Source of the DNA: a virus
Taxonomy: Duplodnaviria > Caudoviricetes
Length of the DNA: 64,000 nucleotides
IMG/VR virus record: IMGVR_UViG_3300044634_000910
Span: 1-64,000 of that record
Direction: 5' to 3' (one strand)
The position numbers were made by a program, and so were the translations under genes. The notes under the pieces are model-generated. The model made no database searches and was not told where the DNA came from. It saw only the letters and a list, made by a program, of their open reading frames with translations. Of the stretch, positions 45,501-55,700 are shown piece by piece (position 1 is the first letter of the stretch; the number at the start of each line of letters is the position of its first letter).

Positions 45501-45859
45501 TTAAAGAAACCATCTGTCCAAGATAGTTCACTAATCTTATTAAGGTTTTCCAAACCAATTTGATTCTTGGCTAGAAGGATAATGTGGTTGTAGACAAGGT
45601 CTTGTTGACCTTCTCTTTCAGACTTATCTCGTGTATCAGATATGTCTGCACACATGTATCCTTCTAGACCTAGAATTGGCTTAATGCCCTTTGCTTTTGC
45701 AATACGGTGCAGTTCCCTATGCCCAGATAAAGTACCGTGGTCAGTGATGGCAATTGCTGGCATCCCTAACTCAACTGCACGGTTCACGTATTCTTCTGGA
45801 GTAGCAATCCCATCAAATAAACTAAAATGGGTATGGACATGTAAGCCGACGTAGTTCAT
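42584..45859 (-). CDS. dnaE: DNA polymerase III alpha subunit (DnaE-type)
   Basis: PHP motifs HVHTHFS and TDHG; GPGRGSSAGS, PDIDTD and FNKSHA. Confidence 0.95.
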   Translation of the reverse strand: MNYVGLHVHTHFSLFDGIATPEEYVNRAVELGMPAIAITDHGTLSGHRELHRIAKAKGIKPILGLEGYMCADISDTRDKSEREGQQDLVYNHIILLAKNQIGLENLNKISELSWTDGFFKKPRFDFTILEKYKEGIIVSSACPSSVLVKALEEEEFALAKKYISWFKERFADDYYIEVMPHNEAHINKYLIELADEFDIKVIVTPDCHHVDPSQKEVQEFKLLMNTHGKFVKDTTYEKSKKKGNMMQRLDYLYGEDRQMSFNKFDIHLLSYEEIKAAMEAQGIDRPDIYSNTLLLAETVGDYGIQEGLNLLPVQYKSPDKELAKAALEGLVERGLSENQEYLDRLEEELQIIKDKKFAPYFLVVSNMINWAKKEEIMVGPGRGSSAGSLVCYALKITDIDPIEHNLLFFRFINPERNDFPDIDTDIQDTRREEVKDYLVRQYRHVASIATFLEFTGKGIVRDVARVLNIPLSDVNKVLKTVDTWDDFCTSKSTYEFREKYPEVEVYGEQLRGRIRGTGIHAAGVVTAKEPIFRYAPLETRSSTGSDERIPVVGVDMEEAERIGLIKIDALGLKTLSVLKNTIDIIKERDGKKIDLLKIKMDDANVYQMLSDGYTKGVFQCEAAPYTNLLVKMGVKNLNELAASNALVRPGAMNTIGKDYVDRKHGRQNISYTHQVLKQFTEDTYGCILYQEQVMQACVHLGGMSMSEADKVRKIIGKKKDAKEFDQFKEKFVEGASKFIAPNAARDLWHDFEAHAGYSFNKSHAVAYSTLSYWTAWLKYYYPLEFMYSVLKNEKDKDARTEYLIEAKRMGISIKLPHINDSDIDFKIEGKGIRFGLSAIKFISDKIGERYISARPFSSYKELEEFTFTKGNGVNSRALQALKVIGAATFNDNPRNDQEIKENLYEYLNLPEFNITIPSHYYAFIQDIVDFEEKGSYIFMGMVKSIKRGTGWSRVEILDKTGSVGIFDDENTTIETGRSYLVLCNDNRIVSFIPSDEIKESSHALVKFLSYKQLPYKDDEMFVVSFKPRVTKTGKKMASLTLADTSRDLHSITVFPTSFAKAYMHIEEGKSYKFDFGKTKDGTVTLEDVHVS

Positions 45860-45860
45860 A

Positions 45861-46514
45861 TTACCAATCAGCGTTTGTTGCTGAAGTGGCAGATGGGCCA
45901 TCAAAGCCCAAATAGAACGCTTCTTGTTCTGCGTAAGGAACCTTGCGTAGTGCAGATTCTAGTGGGTAAGGCTTAATGTCTCCCCAGTTAAATGGTTCCT
46001 TGTCTGGTGCAGATGGAATTAGTGTGTAGTTAGTTTCAGTTCCCTGACCATTACGCTTTAACTTCCACTGTACATTTGAGATGCTTCCTGTTTCAAGTGC
46101 ATACTCACGAATTGTGTTGAATGATGATTGCTTGCTGATACCCATTGACCAGATTGCAACATATGGTGCTTCAATGCCATCGTCTACAAGAACGTTGCAA
46201 TAGAAACGAAGACGTGCTCTCCAGCCAGCCTTTGGATCCTTGCGGTGCATTTCTTCAGCCCAGTCACGACCTTCTGTATCCATTGTGTCTACAGCCTTGC
46301 GCTTGTAGTCCTTTGGGTTTGTGTGTTCTGATACAACGATTGCTAGACCACGCTCTGCATTGTAGTTTGCTGAGTCTTCGTCAAGTTCTTCTAAAAATCT
46401 AATCTTTACAGACTGACCGTCTGCAAGTTTTAGCCACTTAACCTTTGGGCCGTCGCCACCCTTTGGGCCATCTAGTACTGGGCCCATCTCTTTGATTCCT
46501 CTTAGTATTGCCAT
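45861..46514 (-). CDS. Single-stranded DNA-binding protein (gp32-like)
   Basis: LKLADGQSVKIRF and KLKRNGQGTETNY; located between primase and polymerase. Confidence 0.7.
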   Translation of the reverse strand: MAILRGIKEMGPVLDGPKGGDGPKVKWLKLADGQSVKIRFLEELDEDSANYNAERGLAIVVSEHTNPKDYKRKAVDTMDTEGRDWAEEMHRKDPKAGWRARLRFYCNVLVDDGIEAPYVAIWSMGISKQSSFNTIREYALETGSISNVQWKLKRNGQGTETNYTLIPSAPDKEPFNWGDIKPYPLESALRKVPYAEQEAFYLGFDGPSATSATNADW

Positions 46515-46538
46515 GTGTTTCTCCTTTGTGTCGTTATG

Positions 46539-47483
46539 TTAGTTTAGCATAGACTGTATTGATTTGTCAAACTGGAAGTCCAGTTCTTTAATTGACTTAT
46601 CGTCCATGTCGCCTATATCTTTATATTCTTTATTTAGTTGTATTACGGATACACGAGAACCAAGTTTTTCAACTATCTTGGTTTTCATATTTCCACCTGC
46701 TTCATCATTATCCGCAATAACAATTATATCATTGAAGTACTTTTGAAGCAACTCTATCTGTATATTAGAAACATTTGATCCAAGTGTAGCGACAGCAGGA
46801 AGTCCTACCTGATCAAGCCTGATGGCATCAAATGATGACTCAACAACGTAAACTGTTCCAGAACTTTTTACCCTATGCAAATTAAATAATGTCTTAGACT
46901 TTGGAAGTCCTGGAGTATTTTTAAACTCCTTACCTTCAATCGATCTGCCAACAAACCCAATTGGTAAGCCATCTGGACTGTGAACTGGAACAGTAACCAT
47001 ATCTTGTTTATCTGAATACCCTAAAGAAAATTTAGAAGCAGAATCTTTTGTTATTTTCCTATAAGTAAAATAATCTTTTGCTCTATCAGATGATAAAAGG
47101 TTATTATGTAGACGCTTAAGAACTAACTCGTCAAACATTGTAAACTCTGGCTTTTTATATAGTGCCCTGTCAATGTCTGTTTCAATACTTGTATCTGTCT
47201 CTTTGCTCTTTATAAATCTTGCAGCCTCAAAGTATGTCCTGTTTGACATGTGCATAACAAATTCGATAAATCCAGTTACGTGGTGGCATGCAAAGCAAAA
47301 GAAGGTTCCGTTGTTTTTATCTATTTCTCCCGCTGGGGTCCTGTTGTTGTTGTGATATGGACAAAAAATAATATAGTCTGAGTCAACCTCAGACTCAATC
47401 GTTACACCTGTTCCTGTGAGAACTCTTTTGATTTGTTCTTTTGTGTATAGATTGCTGTGCTTCCGTCTATTCCTGCTATCCAT
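46539..47483 (-). CDS. DNA primase (DnaG-like)
   Basis: CPYH...CFAC zinc finger; TOPRIM motifs VESSFD and DNDEAG. Confidence 0.9.
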   Translation of the reverse strand: MDSRNRRKHSNLYTKEQIKRVLTGTGVTIESEVDSDYIIFCPYHNNNRTPAGEIDKNNGTFFCFACHHVTGFIEFVMHMSNRTYFEAARFIKSKETDTSIETDIDRALYKKPEFTMFDELVLKRLHNNLLSSDRAKDYFTYRKITKDSASKFSLGYSDKQDMVTVPVHSPDGLPIGFVGRSIEGKEFKNTPGLPKSKTLFNLHRVKSSGTVYVVESSFDAIRLDQVGLPAVATLGSNVSNIQIELLQKYFNDIIVIADNDEAGGNMKTKIVEKLGSRVSVIQLNKEYKDIGDMDDKSIKELDFQFDKSIQSMLN

Positions 47484-47755
47484 TCGCTTTGTTTTCTCCC
47501 CGTATATGTTCCGTGTACTGTTAACTGAAATTCAAAATATTTTTTATTGTGGTTATAGTCTAATGTAAAGTCTGGTAATATATCGATTCTTGGAACATAC
47601 CCCGAAAGTCGCATCTCTGACTCAAGGAGTCTAACATACTCTTCCTTAAGTCTGCCAAGTGCTGACTCATCATGTATAACCCCATCAAGGTAAAACTTTT
47701 TGATAGGCTTATGATGATAGAAGGTAGGCGGAATATTTTCCTTACTTTTCGACAT
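47402..47755 (-). CDS. Hypothetical protein
   Basis: 117-aa ORF between helicase and primase. Confidence 0.7.
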   Translation of the reverse strand: MSKSKENIPPTFYHHKPIKKFYLDGVIHDESALGRLKEEYVRLLESEMRLSGYVPRIDILPDFTLDYNHNKKYFEFQLTVHGTYTGRKQSEWIAGIDGSTAIYTQKNKSKEFSQEQV

Positions 47756-47767
47756 ACCATATTATAA

Positions 47768-48988
47768 CTACTTATCTTCATAATCTTTGTACCTGTAGTA
47801 TCCCTTGTCAAAATCAACCTGGACTAAAAAATCTCCCATGAATCCATTACGATTCTTTCTAAAAGCACACTCAATAATGTCGCTATTGGATGCACGGCCC
47901 AAGGCAATAACCCAGTCTGCATCGTAGGCAATCTGTCTCGACCATGCTGTCTGTCCAAGAGTTGGCACACCGCTAAGATCATTGACATCGTCTGGTGTAG
48001 CAGATGAGATAGCAATGATAGGAACTTCTTCACCAATAGCCATCAGTTTAAGTTCTCGTGAAAGGTTCTTCATTCGTACAGTTTCATTATCTGACTTCTG
48101 GTTTGGAGCCATCAACTGAAGGTAGTCAACGATTACAAAGTCTGGCTTGTACTGGTCAATCTTTCCACGAAGAACTGATGGGTTGATTTCTCCACCTTGG
48201 TCATTTGAAATAATATGAAACTCTGGCTTACCCTTTAAGTGTCTTTCGTGCCAAGCCTTAAGAGTGTCTAACTCAACATCTCCGTTAGATAGTTTTCTAT
48301 GTGACCAAAGTCCTTCTCCCATAATTGTAAAGACACGGTTACGAACTTCTGTCTCAGACATCTCAAGAGAGATTACAAGTGGTGTCTTACCCTGCTTCCA
48401 GGCCTGTACAGCAAAGTAAAGAGCCATCCAGGACTTTCCTATACCTGGGTATGCTAAGAAGACTCCTAACTGCCCTGGCATAATTCCAGAAGGAAGATAG
48501 TTGTCGAATCCTGGAAGATTTGTTTTAATTCCAACATGACCTGCTGCCTGTTGAATCTTTAGGTTTTCAAAGTATGCAATTGCAGACTCTAAGTCTGTTA
48601 CATCAATGTCACGAATTGCTGAAGTATTTTTCTTTAACTCTGATGTCTGTGTAATTAAATCATTTAGTGCAACATTGCCTTGGTTATTCTGAACATTAGT
48701 TGCAGCAGACCTTAATATATCTTTTAGGCTGTCATTTAAGTATTCGCCCTGCAACTCTTCTAAATGGTGCTTAGTTGCACCAACATTGTCTATTGGTGAG
48801 AAGTCTCTAAACTTTTCTGTTACAAGTTCTGCAGGAGGAAGAGACTTGTTATTCTCAAAGTATAGCCTGATAAAGTTCCAGATATCTCCATGAGTTCTGA
48901 GCAAGTTGTCTACGTTTGCCTGTAAAAGAACGTGAATCTGCTTGTCTTGAAGAACTGCAGTAATTAGTTTGGACTCTGTATTATTCAC
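47768..48988 (-). CDS. DnaB-like replicative helicase
   Basis: AYPGIGKS, SLEM, VDYLQL and KNRNG motifs. Confidence 0.92.
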   Translation of the reverse strand: MNNTESKLITAVLQDKQIHVLLQANVDNLLRTHGDIWNFIRLYFENNKSLPPAELVTEKFRDFSPIDNVGATKHHLEELQGEYLNDSLKDILRSAATNVQNNQGNVALNDLITQTSELKKNTSAIRDIDVTDLESAIAYFENLKIQQAAGHVGIKTNLPGFDNYLPSGIMPGQLGVFLAYPGIGKSWMALYFAVQAWKQGKTPLVISLEMSETEVRNRVFTIMGEGLWSHRKLSNGDVELDTLKAWHERHLKGKPEFHIISNDQGGEINPSVLRGKIDQYKPDFVIVDYLQLMAPNQKSDNETVRMKNLSRELKLMAIGEEVPIIAISSATPDDVNDLSGVPTLGQTAWSRQIAYDADWVIALGRASNSDIIECAFRKNRNGFMGDFLVQVDFDKGYYRYKDYEDK

Positions 48989-49289
48989 TTAGCCACTCCT
49001 TTGCCATTCTTCTACGCTCTGCTCTCTCTTCATCGTCTCTTTTTTTATCTTTTTGTGCCTGTAAAATTTTTTCTGCGTTATAAGCAAAGTAGTTCCACGA
49101 CGGATTCTCTGCAACTGAAAAGTAATACTCAAGTATATCGTAACACCCAGAAAGTCCGTATGACTCTACAAGGCCATCAGAGGCCCACTGCTCTACGTTT
49201 AGATTAAGTGATGGCTTTGACTCGTACCTTGCGGTATGATACTTGCTGTATCTTGAAAGCAAAGCCATACGGTCTTTGCGTTCAGCCAT
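48981..49289 (-). CDS. Hypothetical protein
   Basis: 102-aa ORF coupled to the helicase gene. Confidence 0.7.
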   Translation of the reverse strand: MAERKDRMALLSRYSKYHTARYESKPSLNLNVEQWASDGLVESYGLSGCYDILEYYFSVAENPSWNYFAYNAEKILQAQKDKKRDDEERAERRRMAKEWLSE

Positions 49290-49516
49290 TACTCGTTTAT
49301 TTCAGACTTTGCTTCGTTAATCTTTTCAGTTAACTTATCTTCTACAAACTTATACACACGCTCAAATGCCTGGTTAACATTTTCTTCACTTTTACGTGAA
49401 TCTACAACGCCAAGATCAAGTCTTAGTGATTGAAAATTTCCTAGATTTAATGTGTATCCAAGCGTTACAGATACCTTTGTTGGTTCATTCGTTACTACAT
49501 AATTGCTGTCTGACAT
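49289..49516 (-). CDS. Hypothetical phage protein
   Basis: YTLNLGNFQSLRLD motif. Confidence 0.7.
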   Translation of the reverse strand: MSDSNYVVTNEPTKVSVTLGYTLNLGNFQSLRLDLGVVDSRKSEENVNQAFERVYKFVEDKLTEKINEAKSEINE

Positions 49517-49529
49517 TTCATACCCTTCG

Positions 49530-50072
49530 TTAAATAGATTCAGACCAGATAGGAATGAATCGTCCATCTTCAGTTCTCGTATATGTAAGTATACCATCGC
49601 CCATTCTTCGTGTCAACTCTTGTTTGCTTGGGGTGATATCGTTTGTTATTAAATTATCTTTTCTTGGTCTACCAATATGGTATGTAGCAAGTATATCACG
49701 AATCTCTCTTACCTGTGATTCTGAGTAATATGATCTTACTTGAAATCCTCTTGCGCCTCCCTTTTGAGATCCCGTTGGAAATGGAATGATTCCTCGTCTC
49801 ATTAATGATGGCATGTATTTTTTATGACGATTAACTAAATCAGCAGTCTCTCTAACAGTGTATGCTCGTTCACGCTTCTTTTTAAAATCAGAAATTAAAC
49901 AACTTTCAATTTGATCTTTTGTTATATTGTAAACAGACATAATACCATTAGACTTATTGAGATGATGGACTCTTACTAAGTCTCCGTTTAAGAACCAAAC
50001 TTTTTTATTCCCTGGAATTACAGGGAGGACATTGTAGCCTTCGCTCTCGATACTTCCCTTTTTAATAGCCAT
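49530..50072 (-). CDS. MerR-like HTH DNA-binding protein
   Basis: YTVRETADLVNRH...RSYYSESQV. Confidence 0.65.
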   Translation of the reverse strand: MAIKKGSIESEGYNVLPVIPGNKKVWFLNGDLVRVHHLNKSNGIMSVYNITKDQIESCLISDFKKKRERAYTVRETADLVNRHKKYMPSLMRRGIIPFPTGSQKGGARGFQVRSYYSESQVREIRDILATYHIGRPRKDNLITNDITPSKQELTRRMGDGILTYTRTEDGRFIPIWSESI

Positions 50073-50209
50073 AAACCCTCCGCAGAACTTGTTGGTGGAT
50101 TAAAAAAATTTCTGTTGCCACAAGACATACAATATGTTTCAAGGTGGCCGATTGTGCTGTACTGTCTATCAAGAAACATTCTTCCTTTGCACTTTGTACA
50201 TTTCAGCAT
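50018..50209 (-). CDS. Small zinc-ribbon protein
   Basis: CTKCKGRMF...CMSCG. Confidence 0.65.
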   Translation of the reverse strand: MLKCTKCKGRMFLDRQYSTIGHLETYCMSCGNRNFFNPPTSSAEGLWLLKREVSRAKATMSSL

Positions 50210-50652
50210 TAGTTTGGTACGCCAATGATAATAAGGTTTACATCTACAGAAACATCTCCAGAAGTGTTAAATCTAACTACTCCTTCAAGGCCTGAAGTTG
50301 TGACGCTCTTAAGGACAACTGTTACATTTTTGCCAGCAACAGTATTGCCAGTATTGATTGGTGTGGCTGTTGCAATTGGGGAGTACTTAAACTCTCCTGG
50401 AAAAGAATATGTAAAAGATTTTTCTTCACCTGCGGTTATGGTACCGCTATTAACAACACGAACATATCCACCAATTACTCTTGCCTCTGTTGCTTTAATG
50501 TTTTGCTTACCAGCGTTAGGTGTATCAATTGAGGTGTACTTGTATGTTGATGGTGATATTGCTGTTGACAGTTCATTGACTGCCTGGGCCAACTGAGAGA
50601 TGTATGTAACATCTAAAGGTTGTCCTCTTTCTGGTAAAGGTATTTTTGCCAT
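50209..50652 (-). CDS. Putative tail-associated protein
   Basis: Beta-rich C-terminus ending NLIIIG; end of the tail module. Confidence 0.55.
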   Translation of the reverse strand: MAKIPLPERGQPLDVTYISQLAQAVNELSTAISPSTYKYTSIDTPNAGKQNIKATEARVIGGYVRVVNSGTITAGEEKSFTYSFPGEFKYSPIATATPINTGNTVAGKNVTVVLKSVTTSGLEGVVRFNTSGDVSVDVNLIIIGVPN

Positions 50653-50670
50653 GGTTATATAATTATACCA

Positions 50671-51102
50671 CTAAACCGCTATTGGCGATGAGGTAAATAA
50701 TGCAGCCCCAGAAAAATATTGCTTAGGATATGTTGGAAGTTGTACAGCAACACGCAGAGTTGAGACTGAATCTGCAATCAGTGTTGAAAACTGGGTTGAC
50801 GATGAACTTGATATATATACCCAGTCAGCACTATCTAATTTAAAATAGATATCATATTGCTTAATTGCCGATACAGTAGGCTGCTTCCAAACCATATTTA
50901 CTACATTTGCAGTTACTGTTACAGAGCATTCTAATTGCTCTGGAGATGGATTTGATACAGAATAATACGGTGACCAATGAGAAGATCTGTTCTTGTCTTC
51001 TGAGACTACTCTATATCTTACAGAGTGCTTTTGTGTGGTTCCATTAAATGCTGGAAGATCTTCTTTTTTGATAACTACCTTTTTTATTTGTGAGTCTGAC
51101 AC
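50671..51102 (-). CDS. Putative tail protein (FN3-like)
   Basis: RYRVVSED.NR.S.WSP motif; tail-module context. Confidence 0.55.
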   Translation of the reverse strand: MSDSQIKKVVIKKEDLPAFNGTTQKHSVRYRVVSEDKNRSSHWSPYYSVSNPSPEQLECSVTVTANVVNMVWKQPTVSAIKQYDIYFKLDSADWVYISSSSSTQFSTLIADSVSTLRVAVQLPTYPKQYFSGAALFTSSPIAV

Positions 51103-52220
51103 TATAGAACATCCATCCCAAACCTAAACTCAATATGATTAGTTGTATTAGCAGTCTTAGTAATCGTCTCTGCATTTTTATTTTTAATGACTGAGTATCC
51201 TGTTAGACCATAGACTGGGTTTGAAGATGTAGTATTTTCTAATCGCAATGCATCTAAGCATACATAGTAATCATCTGATACTGCGCCATTTTTAATTACT
51301 GCAACATAAAACTTTACAACATCAACTACGCTCCAAGTAAAACCGTTGCTCTTGTACAAATCTTGGAATGATTTCTGTGAAACAAAATATCTATTAGTTG
51401 CAAAATCTACACCAGGATCAGACTCTTTAACTACTGTCTCAAACCTTGCCCACTCTCCAGTTCCATGAACATCAGACTCTGCAAACTCTATCATTATTCT
51501 AACCTCATCTGGCTGAACATTTGATTCTCCGTCTTTATTGACTACAGAAAATGCAAGTCTAAGATCGTCTGTTGGTGCATTCTTATTAAAGTCAAGTGCT
51601 GCGCCAGTAAGGTGTATATGCTTTGAGGCAGGTGGAACAACCAAATGGCCACCAGATACAGAAAGGTTTGTCATGTCTCCTCTTATAACCATAATGTTAT
51701 TTAAGAATCTGCATCTTTCATACCTGTTCACACGTTCCTGGTTTGTAAAAATCTTGTTGTCTGCATTTGTTTGAAACACTTGGTCCGTAATATTTATAAT
51801 GTTGTCATCTGAATCTAATGGTGTGTAGTATACAGGAATCGCTGTTGCTGTTGTCGTTCCATGGTATTCCCAGTTTTCATTTGAAGTAAATGAATAAATG
51901 TTCTTGCTATCATATGCTCCTGCTGTTGGATTTGATCCAGCAGACCAAACACCAACCTCTGTAATCTCATATCTTTCTGCTGTAGGAAGTTCTGCAGTAA
52001 AGACTATCTTTGATTGTCCGCCCTCTGTAACATAGCCACGAGATGTAATTGGCACACGAAACATCTCAAAATCTAATGCCTGTTTACCTGAGTAGTCTCC
52101 AAGAGTTGCGTCTGTATTTAGTGGCTTTGCTCCACAGCCTATGGCAATATATGAAGCATATGCAGGTGCTTGACCTACAAGATACTTTGCCAGAATATTC
52201 TTGCCTGTATTAGTTATCAT
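51102..52220 (-). CDS. Putative tail/baseplate protein
   Basis: MITNTGK...YIAIG.G and ITEVG motifs typical of tail-associated proteins. Confidence 0.7.
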   Translation of the reverse strand: MITNTGKNILAKYLVGQAPAYASYIAIGCGAKPLNTDATLGDYSGKQALDFEMFRVPITSRGYVTEGGQSKIVFTAELPTAERYEITEVGVWSAGSNPTAGAYDSKNIYSFTSNENWEYHGTTTATAIPVYYTPLDSDDNIINITDQVFQTNADNKIFTNQERVNRYERCRFLNNIMVIRGDMTNLSVSGGHLVVPPASKHIHLTGAALDFNKNAPTDDLRLAFSVVNKDGESNVQPDEVRIMIEFAESDVHGTGEWARFETVVKESDPGVDFATNRYFVSQKSFQDLYKSNGFTWSVVDVVKFYVAVIKNGAVSDDYYVCLDALRLENTTSSNPVYGLTGYSVIKNKNAETITKTANTTNHIEFRFGMDVL

Positions 52221-52223
52221 TTT

Positions 52224-52718
52224 TTATACCGCCCCATATATTGTACCATTAAGTATCTCACCGTTGTTTACTATTTGAACCTCTATTTGCTCATCTGAAT
52301 CAAGGTTAGTTACATTGATTACCAAATCACCTGTTGTTTGATCTATATAGACTATCTGTCCAGCAGGACCTGAGCCTACTGATGGGATTTTGTTCTCAAG
52401 CCTGATTGGAAAGTTCTTAAAATAAGTATCTGCTGTGTTCTCAAGTTTAATTATATTGTTAGGATTGTATTCTAAGTAAAGGCTTTGCAGGTTTTTAATT
52501 GGGCTATACAAAACATCTTGTCCATTAATAATATCGTTTCTTGATATATTGATTAATTCTTGGCCTCCTATATTTTCAAATATAAGATCTGCCATAATAT
52601 CAATTTCAAGTGGTGGATTGCTAAGAGCAATTAAAGAAGGAGTTGCAACCTTAACCGCTGGATTAACTGCTGGCTTTGCTTGGGATGCTGGTTGATTTGC
52701 TACTGAATCAGTTGTCAT
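52224..52718 (-). CDS. Putative tail protein
   Basis: Coupled between tail genes. Confidence 0.6.
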   Translation of the reverse strand: MTTDSVANQPASQAKPAVNPAVKVATPSLIALSNPPLEIDIMADLIFENIGGQELINISRNDIINGQDVLYSPIKNLQSLYLEYNPNNIIKLENTADTYFKNFPIRLENKIPSVGSGPAGQIVYIDQTTGDLVINVTNLDSDEQIEVQIVNNGEILNGTIYGAV

Positions 52719-55700
52719 TGCACTACCTCACTTAAAAATATTGTCATTTCTGGACCGTATTTTTCTTTAGAATATTCTATATTATATACCACAAACCTTG
52801 AGTCCTTAGATCCGACCTTATCTATTTGATTTTCAGTGTAGTCAACAGATACAATATCTCCAAGTTGAATCATTGGGTTTGCAAAAACCTTAACACCTAT
52901 AGACTTTCTTGGCTTCATTATTTTTTTAATTACCCAAGCCAAAAGGTTTTCTGCGTCATCATGTGACTGAATATATGGAGCCTCTAATGAAAAATCTTTT
53001 TTGCCATAAGTCATGCGACTTAACTTTATGTCCTCATAATCTTTTGCAATTTTATTAGGATATGATACCAACGAATTAGCAACAAACTGTGGGTCTGCTA
53101 AATTACTATTCTTTGAAAAGTATTCATCCACAGTAAGATCGTTGCTTGATTGCTGAGTAAATGTAATGCCTTGAATTCTTAGATAGTTTCCGCTTGTCTC
53201 GTCAAGGCTGAGTGCTGTGTCTGTAGAATTAAATATTAAAAATTCTGCTCCATATGCCCCTGCTCTAAATCCTGAAACAGCATAACCCTTTAATCTATTA
53301 AATGTTGGAGATAACTTTGCATACAAAGCAGGATATGCCTTGTCATATTTAAAATTAAATGATGCTGCTTCTCTCATTATTGTTCCGAACTCTTCAAAGT
53401 ACATGCTAAACTTTGGGGGCTCAGCAGAACTAATCCCAGTAAGATAGGTTGATTGAACTGCACCTGACATGGCGTATTTCATAAATGAATCGTTTGCATT
53501 TATTTCAGAGTCTCCGAATGCTGAACTAATTGGAGCATCAATTTGAAACGCTGTATTTTGTGAATAGTTGTTTGCCAATGCATAGATATTTTCAAACATA
53601 ACTCTTGAAGATCCACGAACAAACAATGACATGTTATTGTATATTGGAAGCGGGTCAGTGTCATCTATTGTAGCAATTAGGTTATTGTTTAGGTATAGAA
53701 AAAACCTTCTGCGTGAGCCTATGTCTTGATACTCAACTGCTAAGTCATATACTGTTGGTTTTTCTTCTGCAGCCATTCTGTACTGTCCCGTAAATTTTCC
53801 ATCGTCTACAATTATGTTTGTAAGTCCTTCATACAGTTTTACTGGCACTGCAGATGTGGTTTCTGTTCCAGCAGTAGCAGCCTTTAGTTTATAAAATATA
53901 ACATTGTGAACATTGTCTTTCTCAGAGTTATTAAGTTTGTTTGCTCCTAACGCAATGATTTCAAAATAATACCCGTTGTTTGTTTCTGGGTTTATCATCA
54001 CACCAAGACCGCCTGACCCACCGACAATACTTATGTTCTTGTCTGGAGTAGTTCCTGGAACAGTGTAGTAAGTAGATCCCCCTACTGGTGTCTGGCCACG
54101 ATTAATATCATTTTCAATTTTACCAATAATTCTCATTCTAGTTCCAAAGTGCTTATACTTGTTTGTTAATGGCTTGTACACATATGATATAAAATCAATT
54201 GGTGACTCTGTTGTTGTAAACCCTGGACCATTCATAACCAAAGCAGAGGACTGGACTGTTCCAGTTTGTGTTGAAAGCATTGCATTAATGCTTGTCTCTG
54301 CAATATACTTTGATGAAAGAAAGTTTTTAATAATGCCATTTCTTGTTGTTTTCTGTGCAAGGGTGTTGCTTAGTCCTGCTGCAAAAACTCTTGTATCTGG
54401 CAATGTTTGATCTGATTTAAATAAATACTTTGAGTCCATTGTACATCCACGAACATTTGCGTTGTCTGACCAGTATGGATTTAAGCCAGCAGTATGTAGT
54501 GTTACTGGCGTTCCAAACTGTCCTCTTCCGTGCTTTGCAACAGGGCCATTCTTTAACTTTACAATTCCAGAAATTTCTTCGTAGTTTGGTTCAGAATATA
54601 TTCTTACTAAGCCAGTTGGATAAATCTTTCCGTTAAAAGGAAGGGATGAAAAGTACTTCTCATACTCTTGCACATTGTTAATCCAAACATCTCCAGTACC
54701 AGAAATATTATATTGAACAGCATCATACTTTATAATCTCTCCGTTAGAATAAAAATATCCATTGTATCTTGTTATCCAGTAAACTCCTTCTCCTAAATCC
54801 ATAACATTATTAACAACTACGTTATTAGAAACATTTGGAACTGTGGCAGAAAGATTAGAGTTTAATGGTATTGCGCTTAACATGTACGTAGACTGGTTTC
54901 CAATCTCTCCATTAGCAGACTTAGTATTTTCTGTACCTGCAACTTCCCACAAAAGTACTGGCTTATATATCCAGGTCTTTTCGGCATCTACAAGGCTTGC
55001 CTGCTTTATGCTTCCAATAGATCTTTGAATATGTCTTGTTGTATAAACAATCTTTCCATCATTGTAAACATCGTTGTCTTCAGATGTTACCTCTACAATG
55101 TTTGCAAGTTTTGTTTTTGTTCTTTCGTTTTTAACCACTCCAGAATCTTGTGAGTCAGAGGACCCGTACAGAACTATGTCTGTTGGTCTTTGCGCTAATG
55201 ATGGCATTATATAGTTTTTACTCATCATTACAAAGTTATTGTATTCGTCAAAGAACATGGCTGTCTGTGTTGAGATTGCTATATCTTCTAATATCTCAGC
55301 AACAGTTTTTTCTGGTGGTATAAAGAAATATGGAATTATGGCTTCTGATTCTCCGTCTACTCTTTTAAATACATAGTTTGAAAAACCTATTGAGTCTAAA
55401 AGAAGTGAAACTGCTGCGCTCACTGATGTATTTGTTGAAAGAATTTCTGGGGCAGTTTGAGATTCAAAGTAGAAGTATAAATCTCTTAGGTCAATAGATA
55501 CCTGCTTTGAATCATTTGATGTTTTTGGAAATCCATCTGAGTACATAGTTTTAATTGGAACGTAGTAGTCCACACCTTCTACATCCATAATTATCTCGTA
55601 AAGTTTTACTTGTATGTTTTTTGACACATACTTTCCAATAACACTATTTGTATTGTTTGCATTAAAGGCATCATCAAAATCAAAAAGTTCAAGTTTACCA

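Noticed and set aside
35717-48988. Introns, inteins or stop-codon reassignment in core genes
   Set aside because: TerL, RecA, DnaE, primase and helicase are uninterrupted, of ordinary length and read in the standard code.
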